Shown here: positions 27,868 to 40,920 of the stretch, piece by piece
Layout: the number at the start of each line of letters is the position of its first letter
How positions within the stretch are numbered: position 1 is the first letter of the stretch
Origin: Eledone cirrhosa
Lineage: Eukaryota
Assembly (NCBI GenBank): GCA_964016885.1
Contig: OZ024741.1
Span: 176,824,001-176,888,000 of the forward strand
Direction of reading: 5' to 3'
Length of the DNA: 64,000 bases
Program-made: the position numbers and the translations under genes
The notes under the pieces: model-generated
Told to the model about the DNA's origin: nothing
Seen by the model: the letters and a program-made list of their open reading frames with translations, nothing else
Database searches by the model: none

Positions 27868-28602
27868 AAGGTTTTATTTAAAATTGTTGGGTTACAACAA
27901 GTAAATATTTTATAACTGATATAAAGCACTCGACAAGTTTTTGGAGTATATATACGATGGCTCATTCATGAATATTGATATTTGCATTCTTATTATCCAT
28001 TTCATATGAATTGATAATTCAAATTGATATGACATGACGTAAAGATGTAACTGTATCCTTCTCTCTCTATATAGCACGTTCTCCCCTCTCTCTATATAGC
28101 TCTTCTCTCTATATATAGCACTTTCTCCTCTCTCTTGAGTTTGTCTTTGTGCATGATGAATTATTATGTATCTATCGCTTTCGTCTGCCTCTCCTATTTC
28201 TCTCTTGTTTCTCTTTCACTTCCTCCTATATATTTATATTTTCTCTCTCTCTCCCTTTCCTCCCCCCTCTCTCTCTCCGTTTTTTCTCTGTATCTCCAGT
28301 TTTTTCTTTCTCTCCGTCTTTTTTCTAACTGTGCTTAACACTATAACTAAATAATTATTATCCTTCTCTCTCTATATAGTACTCCCTCTCTTTTGTGTTT
28401 TACTATATGGATGGTGAATTATTATTTATCTGTTGCTTTCGTTTGCCTCTCTTATTTCTTCCTTGTTCCTTTTCACCTCCTCCTTTCTTTCTCTCCCCTC
28501 TAATTCTCTGTTTTTTCTTTGCCTCCGTTTCTTCTTTTTCTCCGTCTTTTTTTCTAACTGTGCTTAACACTATAACTAAATATTTATAAACAAATCTCTA
28601 CC

Positions 28603-30087
28603 CAGACAGCTTCCTAATTTAATGGTCGCTTATAATATGGTACGTCAAAATTATTTATAAAACTGTTTATATGTTGTATTTTATCTACTTCTCCTCGATA
28701 ATGCCCCAGGCCACCCCAACATATTGATGACCTGAATCCTAATGTTAAAGTAGTGTATCTGCCCAAAAATACGACGTGAATTCTTCTACCAATGGCCTAG
28801 GGGGTGATATCTACTTTCAATGCCTATTATTTACGAACTACTTTTGCACAGGCAGTAACAGCAACGGAGGATGACGTAATGGATCTTCGTGAATTTTGGA
28901 AAGATTTTAATATTGTCAACTGCATCAAGAACATCGACATAGCTTGGCGGGATGTGAGAGAAAGAGGTATGAAAGGTGTATGGAAAAAGTGCTTGAAAAG
29001 GTTTGTTAATAATTTTAAAGGTTTTGATATAAATTCAGATTTTGAAGTGATAAGTAATAACATTGTTGGCCTTGCTCAAAAGTTGCGGTTGGAAGTGAAT
29101 GCGCAAGATGTGGAAAATTTAGTGAATGTGAACTTTGTTGAAGGAGAGTTGACTGACGAAGATTTAATAGAGTTGGAAGAGCAGCGACATAGACAAGAGT
29201 TGGAAGAAGCAGCAGAACAACTAGATAAGGAACAGAAAAAGTTCACTGTTAAGGGCTTGGCAGAAGTATTCACGCATATGAGTAAGGCGATGTCAGGATT
29301 GGAGGCAATGGATCCTAACATTGAACGCTTGGCAAAATTTCAAGGACATTTGGAAGATGGACTACTTTGCTATCGTGAAATTTATGATGAGAAAAAAAGC
29401 AAACAAAACAGTCTTCTATGCTGAGTTTTCTGGTGAAAACTCCGACTCCAACCCAACATACATGCATACATACATACATACCAAATATCTGTAGTACTGT
29501 AATATGATGTGTATTGTGCAAATAGCTTATCATACAAGAGAGAAAATAAAAAGATGACATGAAAAATATATTGCCGAGTGTTAAAGAGAGAAGCTATTCG
29601 GTGCCAATAAGGTAGCCTAGCCAAGGTTTGAAAACATTGAAATCCACAGCTAAAACAAAAATTAAGGCTTTAATATACTTTATAAAGAAAAACTACAGTG
29701 CTATGTATAACATACGATTTAAAGTTAAAAGGTATTTGTCAAAATAAAGAAACAATATATCCAGAATTATTCTGAAAGTATATGACGAATGTTGGCCGAG
29801 CGAAAGGTTATTCAGTGCCGATAATATAGCCCTGCTTAAGTTTGAAAACCTTGAAATCCACAGCTAAAACAAAAAATAAGACTACTGTATAGTAATATAC
29901 TTTATAAAGAAAAGCTATAGTTCTGTGTATATGATTTTAAATTAAAAACTATCAATCGAAATAAAGAAACAATATCAAGAATATATACTGTACTGTACAG
30001 GCCTATATGCCCAATGTCGGCAGAAAGTCACTCGTTTAACGATCATTTCGTGCATAACGAACCCGTTCGTTAAACGAGGAGTACCTG
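28603..30087 (+). mobile_element. Tigger/pogo-like DNA transposon remnant; left end uncertain
   Basis: LLLDNAPGHP, VKVVYLPKNTT* and GVISTFNAYYLR continue into ORF 28804-29424 (TIGD1-like DDE C-terminal half). Right TIR CGTTAAACGAGGAGTACCTG is followed by TA. Internal duplication of about 210 bp (29594 and 29808). Confidence 0.8.
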
Positions 30088-30151
30088 TATATATATATAC
30101 GTATGCATATAAATACGTACTTACATATACACACATACATACATTTATATA

Positions 30152-30186
<35 letters not shown>

Positions 30187-30425
30187 TTATATATATATAT
30201 ATATATATATAAACAATGAGTTATTTGGTTTGTTGATTATTCAACAAAGTTAATTTTACCACAGATTAGAAGCACTCAACATTTTATCCGGAGTATCATT
30301 AATATCAATAATATTAATAAATGGAAAATATCTTTATAAAACCATATATATTTTATTATACGTATTTCGAGGTTACTAATATTATACGTATTTCAAGAGT
30401 ACGCTTTCGTCAGATAAGATATAAT

Positions 30426-30609
30426 TGTTTCTACTTTTGGCACAAGGCCAGCAATTACCCAGCGCATTACTGGTACTTTATTTTTATTGACCCCGTAAGG
30501 ATGAAAGGCAAAGTCAACCTCAGCGGGATTTGAACTCAGATCGTCAAGGGACGTAACTATGCTGGAAAGCATGGCATCCGACCCTCTACCGATACTGGCA
30601 ATCCACCAA
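30426..30609 (-). mobile_element. SINE with 21-bp TSD, inserted in the palindrome's left arm
   Basis: TSD TTTCGTCAGATAAGATATAAT at 30405-30425 and 30610-30630. Confidence 0.9.
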
Positions 30610-31283
30610 TTTCGTCAGATAAGATATAATAATTGGTGTTAAGATAGTGACATATCTTCCTGTGAACTTAATGTTATGAGTTTAGTGAGGATAGTGAATA
30701 GACTTGTTCAATACTCAAGTGGAATATGCTAATGAGGATAACGTTACAACTGAAAAGATCCGTTAAGTTTAGACGCTAGATACATTTTAGATACTTATTT
30801 ACATTTTCTAAAGAGTTTGCTACTAAATTTGAAAAAATTATAGTAAAGTTATTTTAGAATTATTCATAGAAATATACATATATGCATGGGTTTAGAAAGA
30901 ATGATATAATTATACTTATTTATTTATTTTATTTTTAATTTAATTTTTTAAATATTATATTAATTAAATAAAATAAATATATAAGTATAATTATATTATT
31001 CTTTCTAAACCCATGTATATAGCTTTGGGTGTATATATGCATATATCTATAAATAATTCTATAATAACTCTACAATAATTTTTTCAAATTTAATAGCAAT
31101 CCCTTTAAAAAATTTAAATGCGTATTCAAAATTTATCTAACGTCTAAACTTAATGGATTTTTTCAGTTTTAACGTTATCATCATTAGCATATTCCTGTTG
31201 AGTGTTGATCAATTCTATTCACCACCCTCACTAAACTCATAACATTAGGTTCACATGAAGATATGTCACTATCTTAACACCAA

Positions 31284-31336
31284 TTATCTGATGAAAGCGT
31301 ACTTAAATATTAGTACCCTTGAAATACGTATAATAA
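31284..31336 (+). ncRNA. Type I minimal hammerhead motif
   Basis: uuau-CUGAUGA-aagcguac..guacccuu-GAAA-UacguA-UA-auaa. Confidence 0.7.
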
Positions 31337-31743
31337 AATATATTAATATGTGTAGAAGTAAACACAGTAAATTCTGCGTCTAAAATTACGAGGGTAGATT
31401 TCACCACAAAAGTGATATATATTTAAACTGAAGCATATAATATGGTCCATGATTTCTTATACATACCATATCAATAACCATTTCATCTCTCGGAAAGACT
31501 AAAGATTTAATCTGTTTCGCCCTGAAAAAATTGTGTTTGTAACAAATAATCCTTAGACATTTCGTCAGCGAGAGATAAGATTAAATGATACCGAACACCT
31601 ATAACAAGAACCTCACGGAAGTAGATTCCTCGTGCGTTGAAAGTCATACATGATGCGAGTGGTTATGCTAGAAATAATACCCCATTTACACTCATTTTTA
31701 TAAGCTCAACAGATATGGTTTTATAAAGATGTTTTCCATTTAT

Positions 31744-31912
<169 letters not shown>

Positions 31913-31939
31913 CATATATATATACATATATATATATAC

Positions 31940-31974
<35 letters not shown>

Positions 31975-33448
31975 CTGGTTGTCTGCTCAATTTATACATA
32001 TACATACACACCAACATACATCCATACATTCGTACATTAATATATATATTTGTTTCTTTCCATTATAATTTTATTTACTGATCGTTCTGTCTGCTTGTAT
32101 GCCTGTCTGCCTGTCTGTCCATTTGTGTGTTTGCTTATTTCGTATGATGCCCTGTCTAGATCGGAAGCCAACAATCTTTATGATGTATTGTGTCAACATC
32201 CACAACCTTTACAAAGCAGACATGTCAAATGTTGATTAATTCACTTTATAATGTGTGTAGTCTTACGTGTCAGTGAAACTACATTCATAAGTTTTTTTTC
32301 TTTTTGTATGTGTGTTTGTATTATTTTCCAATTTGCTTTTTCCATATAATTTAACTATTTGTAGTATTTCAGAAATGAAATGTAATGCCAGTTTTAGTAA
32401 TATATTTCATCATATATTATTCATCATTGAAAGTTACACGTTAATATGATTCACTGACAACTTCACATCATGTTGCAGTGAACTAGAATATAGAATGGTA
32501 AGTAATATCCAAATCGTCTAGCGCTTAAATCTGTTTCAGTAAAAATAATAGAAATGAAAAATAAATTATGACGTAAGAACGAAAATGGAGAAATTACATC
32601 ACTGGATTGATTAAAACAATTTGTCGATAAACTCCACAATATCTTGCAAAGGATGTTCAACAGAAAAAAATGTGTTGCTTGACAGACGATTATGTATCCA
32701 GGCAACATTTAAATTATAATCCACTGGAGGACTTCTGAATAAAAATGAAATGATGAAATATAAAAAAATGACATGAAGTTGTGGTTATGGAGAAAAAATG
32801 GTAATGGCGATAGGAAATAGAAAGAAAATCTGTATTAGGAATGAAACAAAGTAATACATCAAAATCAAATCTTTGACTTATTTATACCAGTGTTTCCCAA
32901 AGTGGATACCAAGAACAAGATTTGGGTCCCAGAGAGTTGAGTTATTTTTAATGGAACTTAGTAAAAGTATAGTATGTATCTTTTATATGAAGATAATTGC
33001 TCTCTTAAAAAAACTATTGTTCCAAAATAGAGTGCAGATAGCTACAATGATATTTGGAAACTATACAAAATAAGTGAATAAATCGAATACTCTGAAGACG
33101 GGGGAGAGTTGGGCAGAGACGCCTGTGTGGAATCGGTTTACATGTGTATTATAAGCCAGTCGAGTGAATTTTACCAGTTAGAGAAAGAAGATCTGGCTGC
33201 TAATAACCATCTTTTTAGAAGAATTAAGCCGAAAAAGAAGACGTGTAATCAAAATTTGGTTGAATTACGAAGCATATGTGAATTTTAAATTTGAGAATAT
33301 TGTCATCATAATACAGATAACTATAATAATTGTTTCTACTTTGGCATAAGGCCAGCAATTATCTCAGTGTATTACTGGTACTTTATTTTATCGACTCCGT
33401 AAGGATGAAATGTAAAGTTAACCTCGGCGGGATTTGAACACAGACCAT

Positions 33449-34091
33449 TTCTAGAGCGGGTAAAATTCCCGAGATCCATGGACGAGATCTCTCCAGCGGT
33501 CTCTGTCCCTCATTATCGCTGCCATGTCCTGTGTCTCCAACAGACCAGTGTCTGTCCTTAGGGCATCAACATACGTTAACCTTGGTCTTCTTCTTCCAGT
33601 GTGTCCATGTAGGGGCTCCCACAGGAGCACTGAGTGCAATGTCAACTCTGGATGTCGGTGAGCATGTCCAGCCAACCTCATTCTCATCTGTGTCACTTTT
33701 GAGCTGACTTTTGGGAGGCTCCCATACAGCTCTGAGTTTTTCATCCTCAGTGTATACTGATTAAAATTCAGAGCCATCCTCAGCATTCTCGTGTAGCACC
33801 CATCCACCATCTGAGTGAGTTTCTTGGTCAGTGTCCAAGTCTCAGACCCGTACAGCAGCACTGATTCAACTACAGCAATGAAGATGCGGATTTTCATGTC
33901 TTTACGAAGGTCCGACTTCCACACCGATCTCAAACTGTGGTACGCCACCCAGGCTTTTCTCTTCCTCTTAAACACATCATCTTCCGTATTCCCAATCTTT
34001 GCTCCCAAATACAGCAAGTTCTCAACCAATTCTAGCGGCTTCCCGCCTACATTAGTGATCCCCTCTGGCTTCTCAACTGATATTTTGTTCA
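33449..34091 (-). mobile_element. RTE-clade LINE, 3' segment
   Basis: ORF 33451-34092: YLG, VLLYGSETW, RLAGH, LLWEP.HG...RRPR, RDRWR. Confidence 0.88.
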
Positions 34092-36343
34092 AGTCTCATT
34101 CATTCTCAGCCCCACACTCATCGACACAGTCTCAACCTCCTGCATCAAATTCCTTGCCTCCTTCACTGTATTTCTGGGTTAAATAACTACCTTATTCGAG
34201 TGGCGCCGGTACTGTATTGTTAGCCATTGAAAATAAATATGGAGAGTGTATCTAATAGCACTAGGGTTAGAGCCCCTAATTACACTGTCAAGGAGCAGTC
34301 TGGTCGTTATGACTCTGCTGGCTTAGAACCACAAGGAGGGCCAGTGGATGATGTATCAGCTGTCTCTGAGACAAATATAAAGAATGTAGTTTTGTCCTGC
34401 AGAAGAGGCATCAAAATGGGCACTTTGAACGTGAGGACTATTCGGAGGCTTGAGAAGAGAGAGGAGTTGGGACATCTGTTCGAGGAGTGTGATGACGTGG
34501 AAGATGAGCTGCTCATCACCCCATCGGCAGTGAGGAACATGACCAATGCTGCAGTGGGAGGAGTGGGTTTGTTTTCAGCACAAAATCCAGTCTATTGGTG
34601 AGGGAAATAATACCTGTCTCCCCGCGAATGTTGAGGGTGACCTTCATCTCAGGCTATAGTCCAACCGAGGGAGACAGTGATGTGAGTGCGGAAGAGTTCC
34701 ATGAGGAGGTGTGTGGAGCTGTCAACACCATACAAGTATACAACATCATGGTTGTTTTGGGGAACTTCAATGCACATCTGAGTAAGGAGGGCTGTGAGGA
34801 AAATGTGACGGAATAGGGTTCTGAACACAGAACCATACAACTATTTCAGTACACTGAGTAGTGACCAGCGACTTGTTATGAGTGAGGTCCGGGTGAGCTT
34901 AAGAAAGGGCAAGGCTCAGCCCCGGAGAGCAATCTATGACTGGGGAGCTTTCAAGGAAGATGATAAGCTACAGGAGAGGTTCACAGTGGAAGTGAGGAGC
35001 AGGTTCAGTGCTCTGTGTGGAGAGACAGAGGAGAGAGAGAGATTTCATGGACTGAAGAGAGTGTGATGAGGTGGTACGGGCACTTCACCAATGGAGAGGC
35101 GGAAGCAAGTGAGACCCTGGTGCCGAGGAGAAAGAACAAAAGGAAGCACGTCAGCTCTGCAGACCCAAAAGGGTGTGCAGCCAGAGAACACCCGAAAGCT
35201 GCCAAGGACCAATTCTATGCTGATCCTACGGAGGAGAGGATGGAGACTGTGGAGGTGATGGGGGAATAAGTGTGTACCGCTTACACTGAGGCCAGAGAGG
35301 AGGCACTGATAGAGAAGATCAGAAGTGTGGAGAGAGCGGTTGACAGGTCTGGATGTAAGGAGAGCTGGATGCTTATCAACGAGATCACAGGAGGAAGAGA
35401 AGGTGTTCGAATCATATCCAGGGAACAGGGCCCGAGGATAGGAAGAGTAAATTGCGAGACGATTTTAGGACCCTACTAGGGGAGCCTCCCTCCACAGCCC
35501 AGAGCACTGGGGAGATCAGGCGGCTGTTTGAAGAACTGGATATTGAGACAGAGCCCTTCGCCAGAGAGGAGCTTCAGAGAGCCAAGAAGCAGATCAAGGA
35601 GGGCAAGGCTCTTGGAGAAGATGTTAAGCATCAGACGTGATGAAGAGGTGTGATTTTGATGATATCAACTTGGTGTTCTGTAACCAGGCACTGGAGAAAG
35701 GAGTTGCAACAAATCAGTGGAGGATCAGTAACATCGTCCCAGTGCCAAAGAAGGGAGATCTCTCTAACACCAACAACTACAGGGGGGTCTCACTGACGTC
35801 ACTTGTGGCAAAGACACTCCACAGGATGATTTTTAACAGGTTCCAGCCTGAGATAGCGAAGAAGCTCAGGGACAACCAGAACGGCTTCAGATAGGGAAGA
35901 TCAACCACCAGTCACATTCTGATGCTGAGGAGGATATTAGAGGGAGCTAGAGCAAAGTGCCTTCCTGCGGTCATGGTTTTCATTGACTTTAGGAAACACT
36001 TTGATTCTGTGGACCGTCACTCCCTGATGACGATCTTACAAGCTTATGGAATCCCCAAGAGGATAGTGGACCTGATATTACTGCTCTACACCAACACCAA
36101 TGCCCAAGTCAATACACCTAATGGGATGACAGAGTTCTTTGAGATACTGGCTGGAGTGCTCCAGGGAGATACATTGGCTCCCTACCTTTTTATCATCGCA
36201 GTGGACTATTGTATGCGCCTTGCACTGGAGAAACACCAGGACTCTGGCTTTACTGTAGCACCGGCTCAGCGCAGGATAATTAAGGCGAAAAACATATCGG
36301 TTGCTGAATTTGCCGACGACATTATTTTGGTGACTCAGACCAT
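34092..36343 (+). mobile_element. RTE-clade LINE, 5' segment (inverted relative to its 3' end), decayed APE-RT
   Basis: MGTLNVRT, GGVGL, YSPT, LGNFNAH, NYRGVSL, QNGFR, FIDFRKHFDSV, GVLQGDTLAPYLF, FADDI; ends exactly at the SINE junction. Confidence 0.88.
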
Positions 36344-38254
36344 AAAGGGCCGTAACTCTTTGCTGCAAAGCATGGCGTCTGACCATCTACCGATACTGCC
36401 AATCCACCGCCCCATACAGACAACTATAATAATATTAGGTAACTGTAAATAATAGTTAAATTAAGGTACTCATGGAAATTGATGAAAGTGGGCAGAGACA
36501 TGACCAGGGAATTGGCACACCCCTCTCCTCTATGTCGGGTAAGACAGTTTAATCAATACAGCAAAAGATCCGTTGAAACTAATTATAGCCTTTCTAGACG
36601 ATTTAATAGTTAAACTGAAATTCAGATTTCTTAAATGCCGATGCTTTATAATTTCACCCAGTATTGTGTAACCGATTGTTTCATTTAATGTCATATTAAA
36701 ATACTGATTTCTACTATAGACACAAGGTAAGACAATTATGAGGAGGGTAAAGTTGATTGAATCAATCCCAGTGCATCACTGGTGCTTTATTTTATCGTCC
36801 CTGTAAGGGTGACAGGCATATCTACCCTCAGAACCTAAAGGGCCATTAAAATAATGTGTGACTGGAAGCTATAGGTATGTATAACGACCCTGCATGAAAA
36901 TATATTTAGAAACCTCTGATTTCAAATGCAGAGACGTTCATGCTTTTTACCCCTAGTCTAGAAATGGAAGATGGGAGCATAATTAATTGTCGATTTCATT
37001 GTGATTGATATTCAATTACATTTGCACATTTGTGGAAAAAAAAAATATTTGAAATGAAGTGAAAGCCAGACATGTGGAAAATGTAAACAAACAAAGCAAT
37101 AGAAAAATCAAATATACAGACGAAAGTTTCTTTGTCTGTGAATCTTAAGATCGTAAACTAATAAGTAATTCACTTATAGAATAAATATATTAAATAATGC
37201 TTTCTTAGCAAAATATACTTTAATATAATCACTTATGATAAAATGATTATATCTAATTTTCTATTAAGTTATAGTCATTTATTCATTTAAATCGCATCAG
37301 TTTTGGTATCACTTTTGCCATTATGGTTCCAACGTCAATACCAAGGTTGTGAGTATGAGTGGGATAAGTTCGAAATTCTATTATTAAAAAAAATCAGTAA
37401 AAGGTTCTCATATCCAAATATACTTAAGCATACAGAGTATTCCCAACTGTGGAATATTGCAACAAAAACCCTCTATTAACCATTAAAATTCTTCAGGAGC
37501 TCGGTATGATGTTAACAATAATTTAGTTATATATTTTGGAGAAGATTTATATAAAAATTATTTTGTTTTAGTTTTCTATCCATTTCTGATGAATATATAT
37601 TATTCGCTATACCTTGTTATTTACTTAGTATTAATATATGTAAATATTATTTGTGCATGTAAATACTGTTCCGAAATAGCATAAAGGTATAGGGTAAAAT
37701 ATTATGTTGTTGGTTTGAACTTTATTCAATAATTTGAGTATCTTCAGTGCATATATGTGTATAATAGTCTCCCTTCTATCTTCCCCTCTCCGCTTTTTTC
37801 ACATTACCTGTTGGATTTATCACGCTCTCTCTCTCTCTTGTTTTGCCCTACCTCCCTAAATCCCTAGTCACACCTGGTTGTCTATATATACCTACACACA
37901 CACATACACACATACACACACACACGCACACACATATATATAAGTGTGTATGTGTGTGTGTATGTGTATTTAACGCGAGAGATAGAGAGGGCATATGTAA
38001 AAGAATTATTTCAACTAAAGTTTGTTTTCAACTTTGTTTCATATTTATATATATTTATAAATTAACATATTTCACAAACATGGATATAAATGATATGTAG
38101 ATGTGCATGGCATCATACTTTGTAATATCCATTGTATAAATAAATAAACTTGTGTGTGAGAGTGCGTGTGTATACGTGTGTGTGTAGTGTATGTATGTAT
38201 ACGTAAATATCCGTATGTATGTATAATATGTATATATATATATATATATATATA

Positions 38255-39157
38255 TGGATGTAAATATACTGTATTTTGCAATACACTTTATGCTTAATTA
38301 AAAGCATTTTGAAGACCGTAAGCTATTGTTTTAAAGTAGTGACAAATTCACTCACTTCGATCTCAGCAAACAGGAGGAGATAAGCCGACATGACATGTTT
38401 CGCTTTTGTTGAAGCTTATCAAGGCCAACTACCCCGCCCGTCTACTGAGATCAATGATGTTATATTCTTATAGAAATCTAGTAAATAATCAGGAGCTGAT
38501 TATGCAGAGCGGTTGTTGGTCAGGCAGAAATTAAAAATTAGAATTGTAGCTCTGAAATAGCAATATATATATGGATGTAAATATAATGTATTTTGCAATA
38601 CACTTTATGCTTAATTAAAAGCGGGCGGGGTAGTTGGCCTTGATAAGCTTCAACAAAAGCGAAACATGTCATGTCGGCTTATCTCCTCCTGTTTGCTGAG
38701 ATCGAAGTGAGTGAATTTGTCACTACTTTAAAACAATAGCTTACGGTCTTCAAAATGCTTTTAATTAAGCATAAAGTGTATTGCAAAATACATTATATTT
38801 ACATCCATATGTATATTGCTATTTCAGAGCTACAATTCTAATTTTTAATTTCTGCCTGACCAACAACCGCTCTGCATAATCAGCTCCTGATTATTTACTA
38901 GATTTCTATAAGAATATAACATCATTGATCTCAGTAGACGGGCGGGGTAGTTGGCCTTGATAAGCTTCAACAAAAGCGAAACATGTCATGTCGGCTTATC
39001 TCCTCCTGTTTGCTGAGATCGAAGTGAGTGAATTTGTCACTACTTTAAAACAATAGCTTACGGTCTTCAAAATGCTTTTAATTAAGCATAAAGTGTATTG
39101 CAAAATACATTATATTTACATCCATATATATATTGCTATTTCAGAGCTACAATTCTA

Positions 39158-39158
<1 letters not shown>
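38255..39158. repeat. 317-bp unit: about 1.15 copies reversed, then about 1.7 copies in tandem; degenerate HHR-like motif
   Basis: GGCGGGGTAGTTGGCC at 38624 and 38941; 38255-38622 is the reverse complement of the unit. Motif uUGAUaA-gcuu..aagc-GAAA-CauG-UC at 38636-38680. Flanked by (TA)n. Confidence 0.85.
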
Positions 39159-39196
<38 letters not shown>

Positions 39197-39197
<1 letters not shown>

Positions 39198-39597
39198 CAA
39201 TAATATGGAAATTATCTTTATAAAACTATATTTATTTTATTATATATATTTCAAGGGTACCAACATTTTGGTACGCCCCCATAAGATAAAATACGAAAAT
39301 TGTTTTACAGATAGTGACATATTCAAACTAGAACTTAATGTGTTGAGTTCTATTTGAATTCTATTCAAATAGAACTCAAAACATTAAGTTCTAGTTTTTG
39401 TATTTCATCTGATGAGAAGCATACCAAATGTTGGTACCCTTGAAATATATATAATAAAATAGATATGGTTTTATAAACATTGTTCCCATTATTAATATTA
39501 TTGATATTATACTCCAGAAGAAACTGTTGAGTGCTTCTAATCTGTTATAAACTAAATTTGTTGAATAATCAACAAATTAAATAATTAATTGCTTATA
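39197..39597. repeat. Palindromic pLTR-like element, centre near 39361
   Basis: GAGTTCTATTTGAA and TTCAAATAGAACTC arms; homologous to 30211-31345; flanked by (TA)n. Confidence 0.8.
39401..39461 (+). ncRNA. Type I hammerhead motif
   Basis: uauuucau-CUGAUGA-..uaccaa/uuggua..-GAAA-UauauA-UA-auaaaaua. Confidence 0.65.
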
Positions 39598-39598
39598 C

Positions 39599-39688
<90 letters not shown>

Positions 39689-39812
39689 CGGAGGACTTGT
39701 GGTAAAGAACCAGAGGGACCATAACGAACCAGAGTACTCAATACTTATTCTAATTTAGTCCAGGAATAGCCGTCGAAAGGCCTGAGTTTTGACATCGGGA
39801 TCATACATGTTC

Positions 39813-39851
<39 letters not shown>

Positions 39852-40792
39852 TATATTTAAAAGAATAGAGGTGGACACTCACACACACCTTGGTATTATG
39901 CCAATAGTATATATCATTTTACACCTTTTATAATTAAGGTTTTTGATGTTCTATTGAGAGAATCGTTTTTACCAAAAATATCGAAAAATGTACAGCATTT
40001 TTACCAGTATCACAAAAATACTGGTCCCCCCCCCACACACACATATATATATACACACACACACATATATACACACACACAGATACACACGCGTACATTA
40101 ACATACAAAGAGACATATACACACACACACACTTCTCCGTATAAGACAAGAGCTGAAAAATATCTTTTAACATGTTAAAATATCCCCCACACACGTACAG
40201 ACACATTCCTACTGACCATCCCTCTACCACGAATTACGCTGCCACACACACTCACACACACACACTTGTCTTAATAGGCATTTGAACTGTCAACAGGCTG
40301 CGGTTCGCAAATACATCCCTGCTGACCAATATCACAACAACGAACCTCTTTACTACTACTACTACACACACACACACATTTGTTTTGAAAGACTTATGTT
40401 TCAGTGACTTCTCAATCAGCCGACACAAACCTAAATTTGGCGCAAAATCAATTTTTAACATTCACATGACCTCTACCGACCAATCAAAATTGTTTTGACC
40501 ACAATAATTTTTGCAACACGAATTGGTGCGAAACTTATTTTAATACATCTGGAGCCACTTTTTTCACATAAAATAGCTAAAATTTCCAGAACTTATCAGA
40601 TTAGAGCAAACATCAAGGGCGCTCTATGTCAAAATTATTTTTGAAAATCATTAGAAATGCGCAACCGGTAAAACTTAAAACCAAAACTGAATACTAACCA
40701 ATACTATTACTATTTTTCACTTATTCCTAATTAAACTATTTTTCACTGGAAACAATTTGTCAGCATTTTCTTTTCCGTTTACCAATATATAT

Positions 40793-40883
<91 letters not shown>

Positions 40884-40920
40884 CAATATCGGAGAAAGCT
40901 TTATATGTATATATATATGC

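Larger units (their letters stand above)
30211..31345. repeat. About 1-kb imperfect palindrome of PLE pLTR-like sequence, centre near 30945
   Basis: 30631-30935 is the reverse complement of about 30960-31286; the outer arms 30346-30416 and 31284-31345 also pair. Each arm has an HHR core. Homologous to 39197-39597. Confidence 0.85.
33331..36412 (-). mobile_element. SINE split in two (33331-33448 and 36333-36412) by an RTE insertion
   Basis: The halves are collinear with the family consensus. Outer TSD ATACAGA(T/C)AACTATAATAAT at 33311-33330 and 36414-36433. Confidence 0.88.

Noticed and set aside
28050-28590. Pyrimidine-rich duplication of about 230 bp
   Set aside because: Low-complexity local duplication with no further structure.
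32889-33065. hAT-like MITE start CAGTGTTTCCCAAA
   Set aside because: Right TIR too decayed and no 8-bp TSD found.
37580-37690. CTGATGA ... GAAA as another HHR
   Set aside because: No convincing helix II or helix I.
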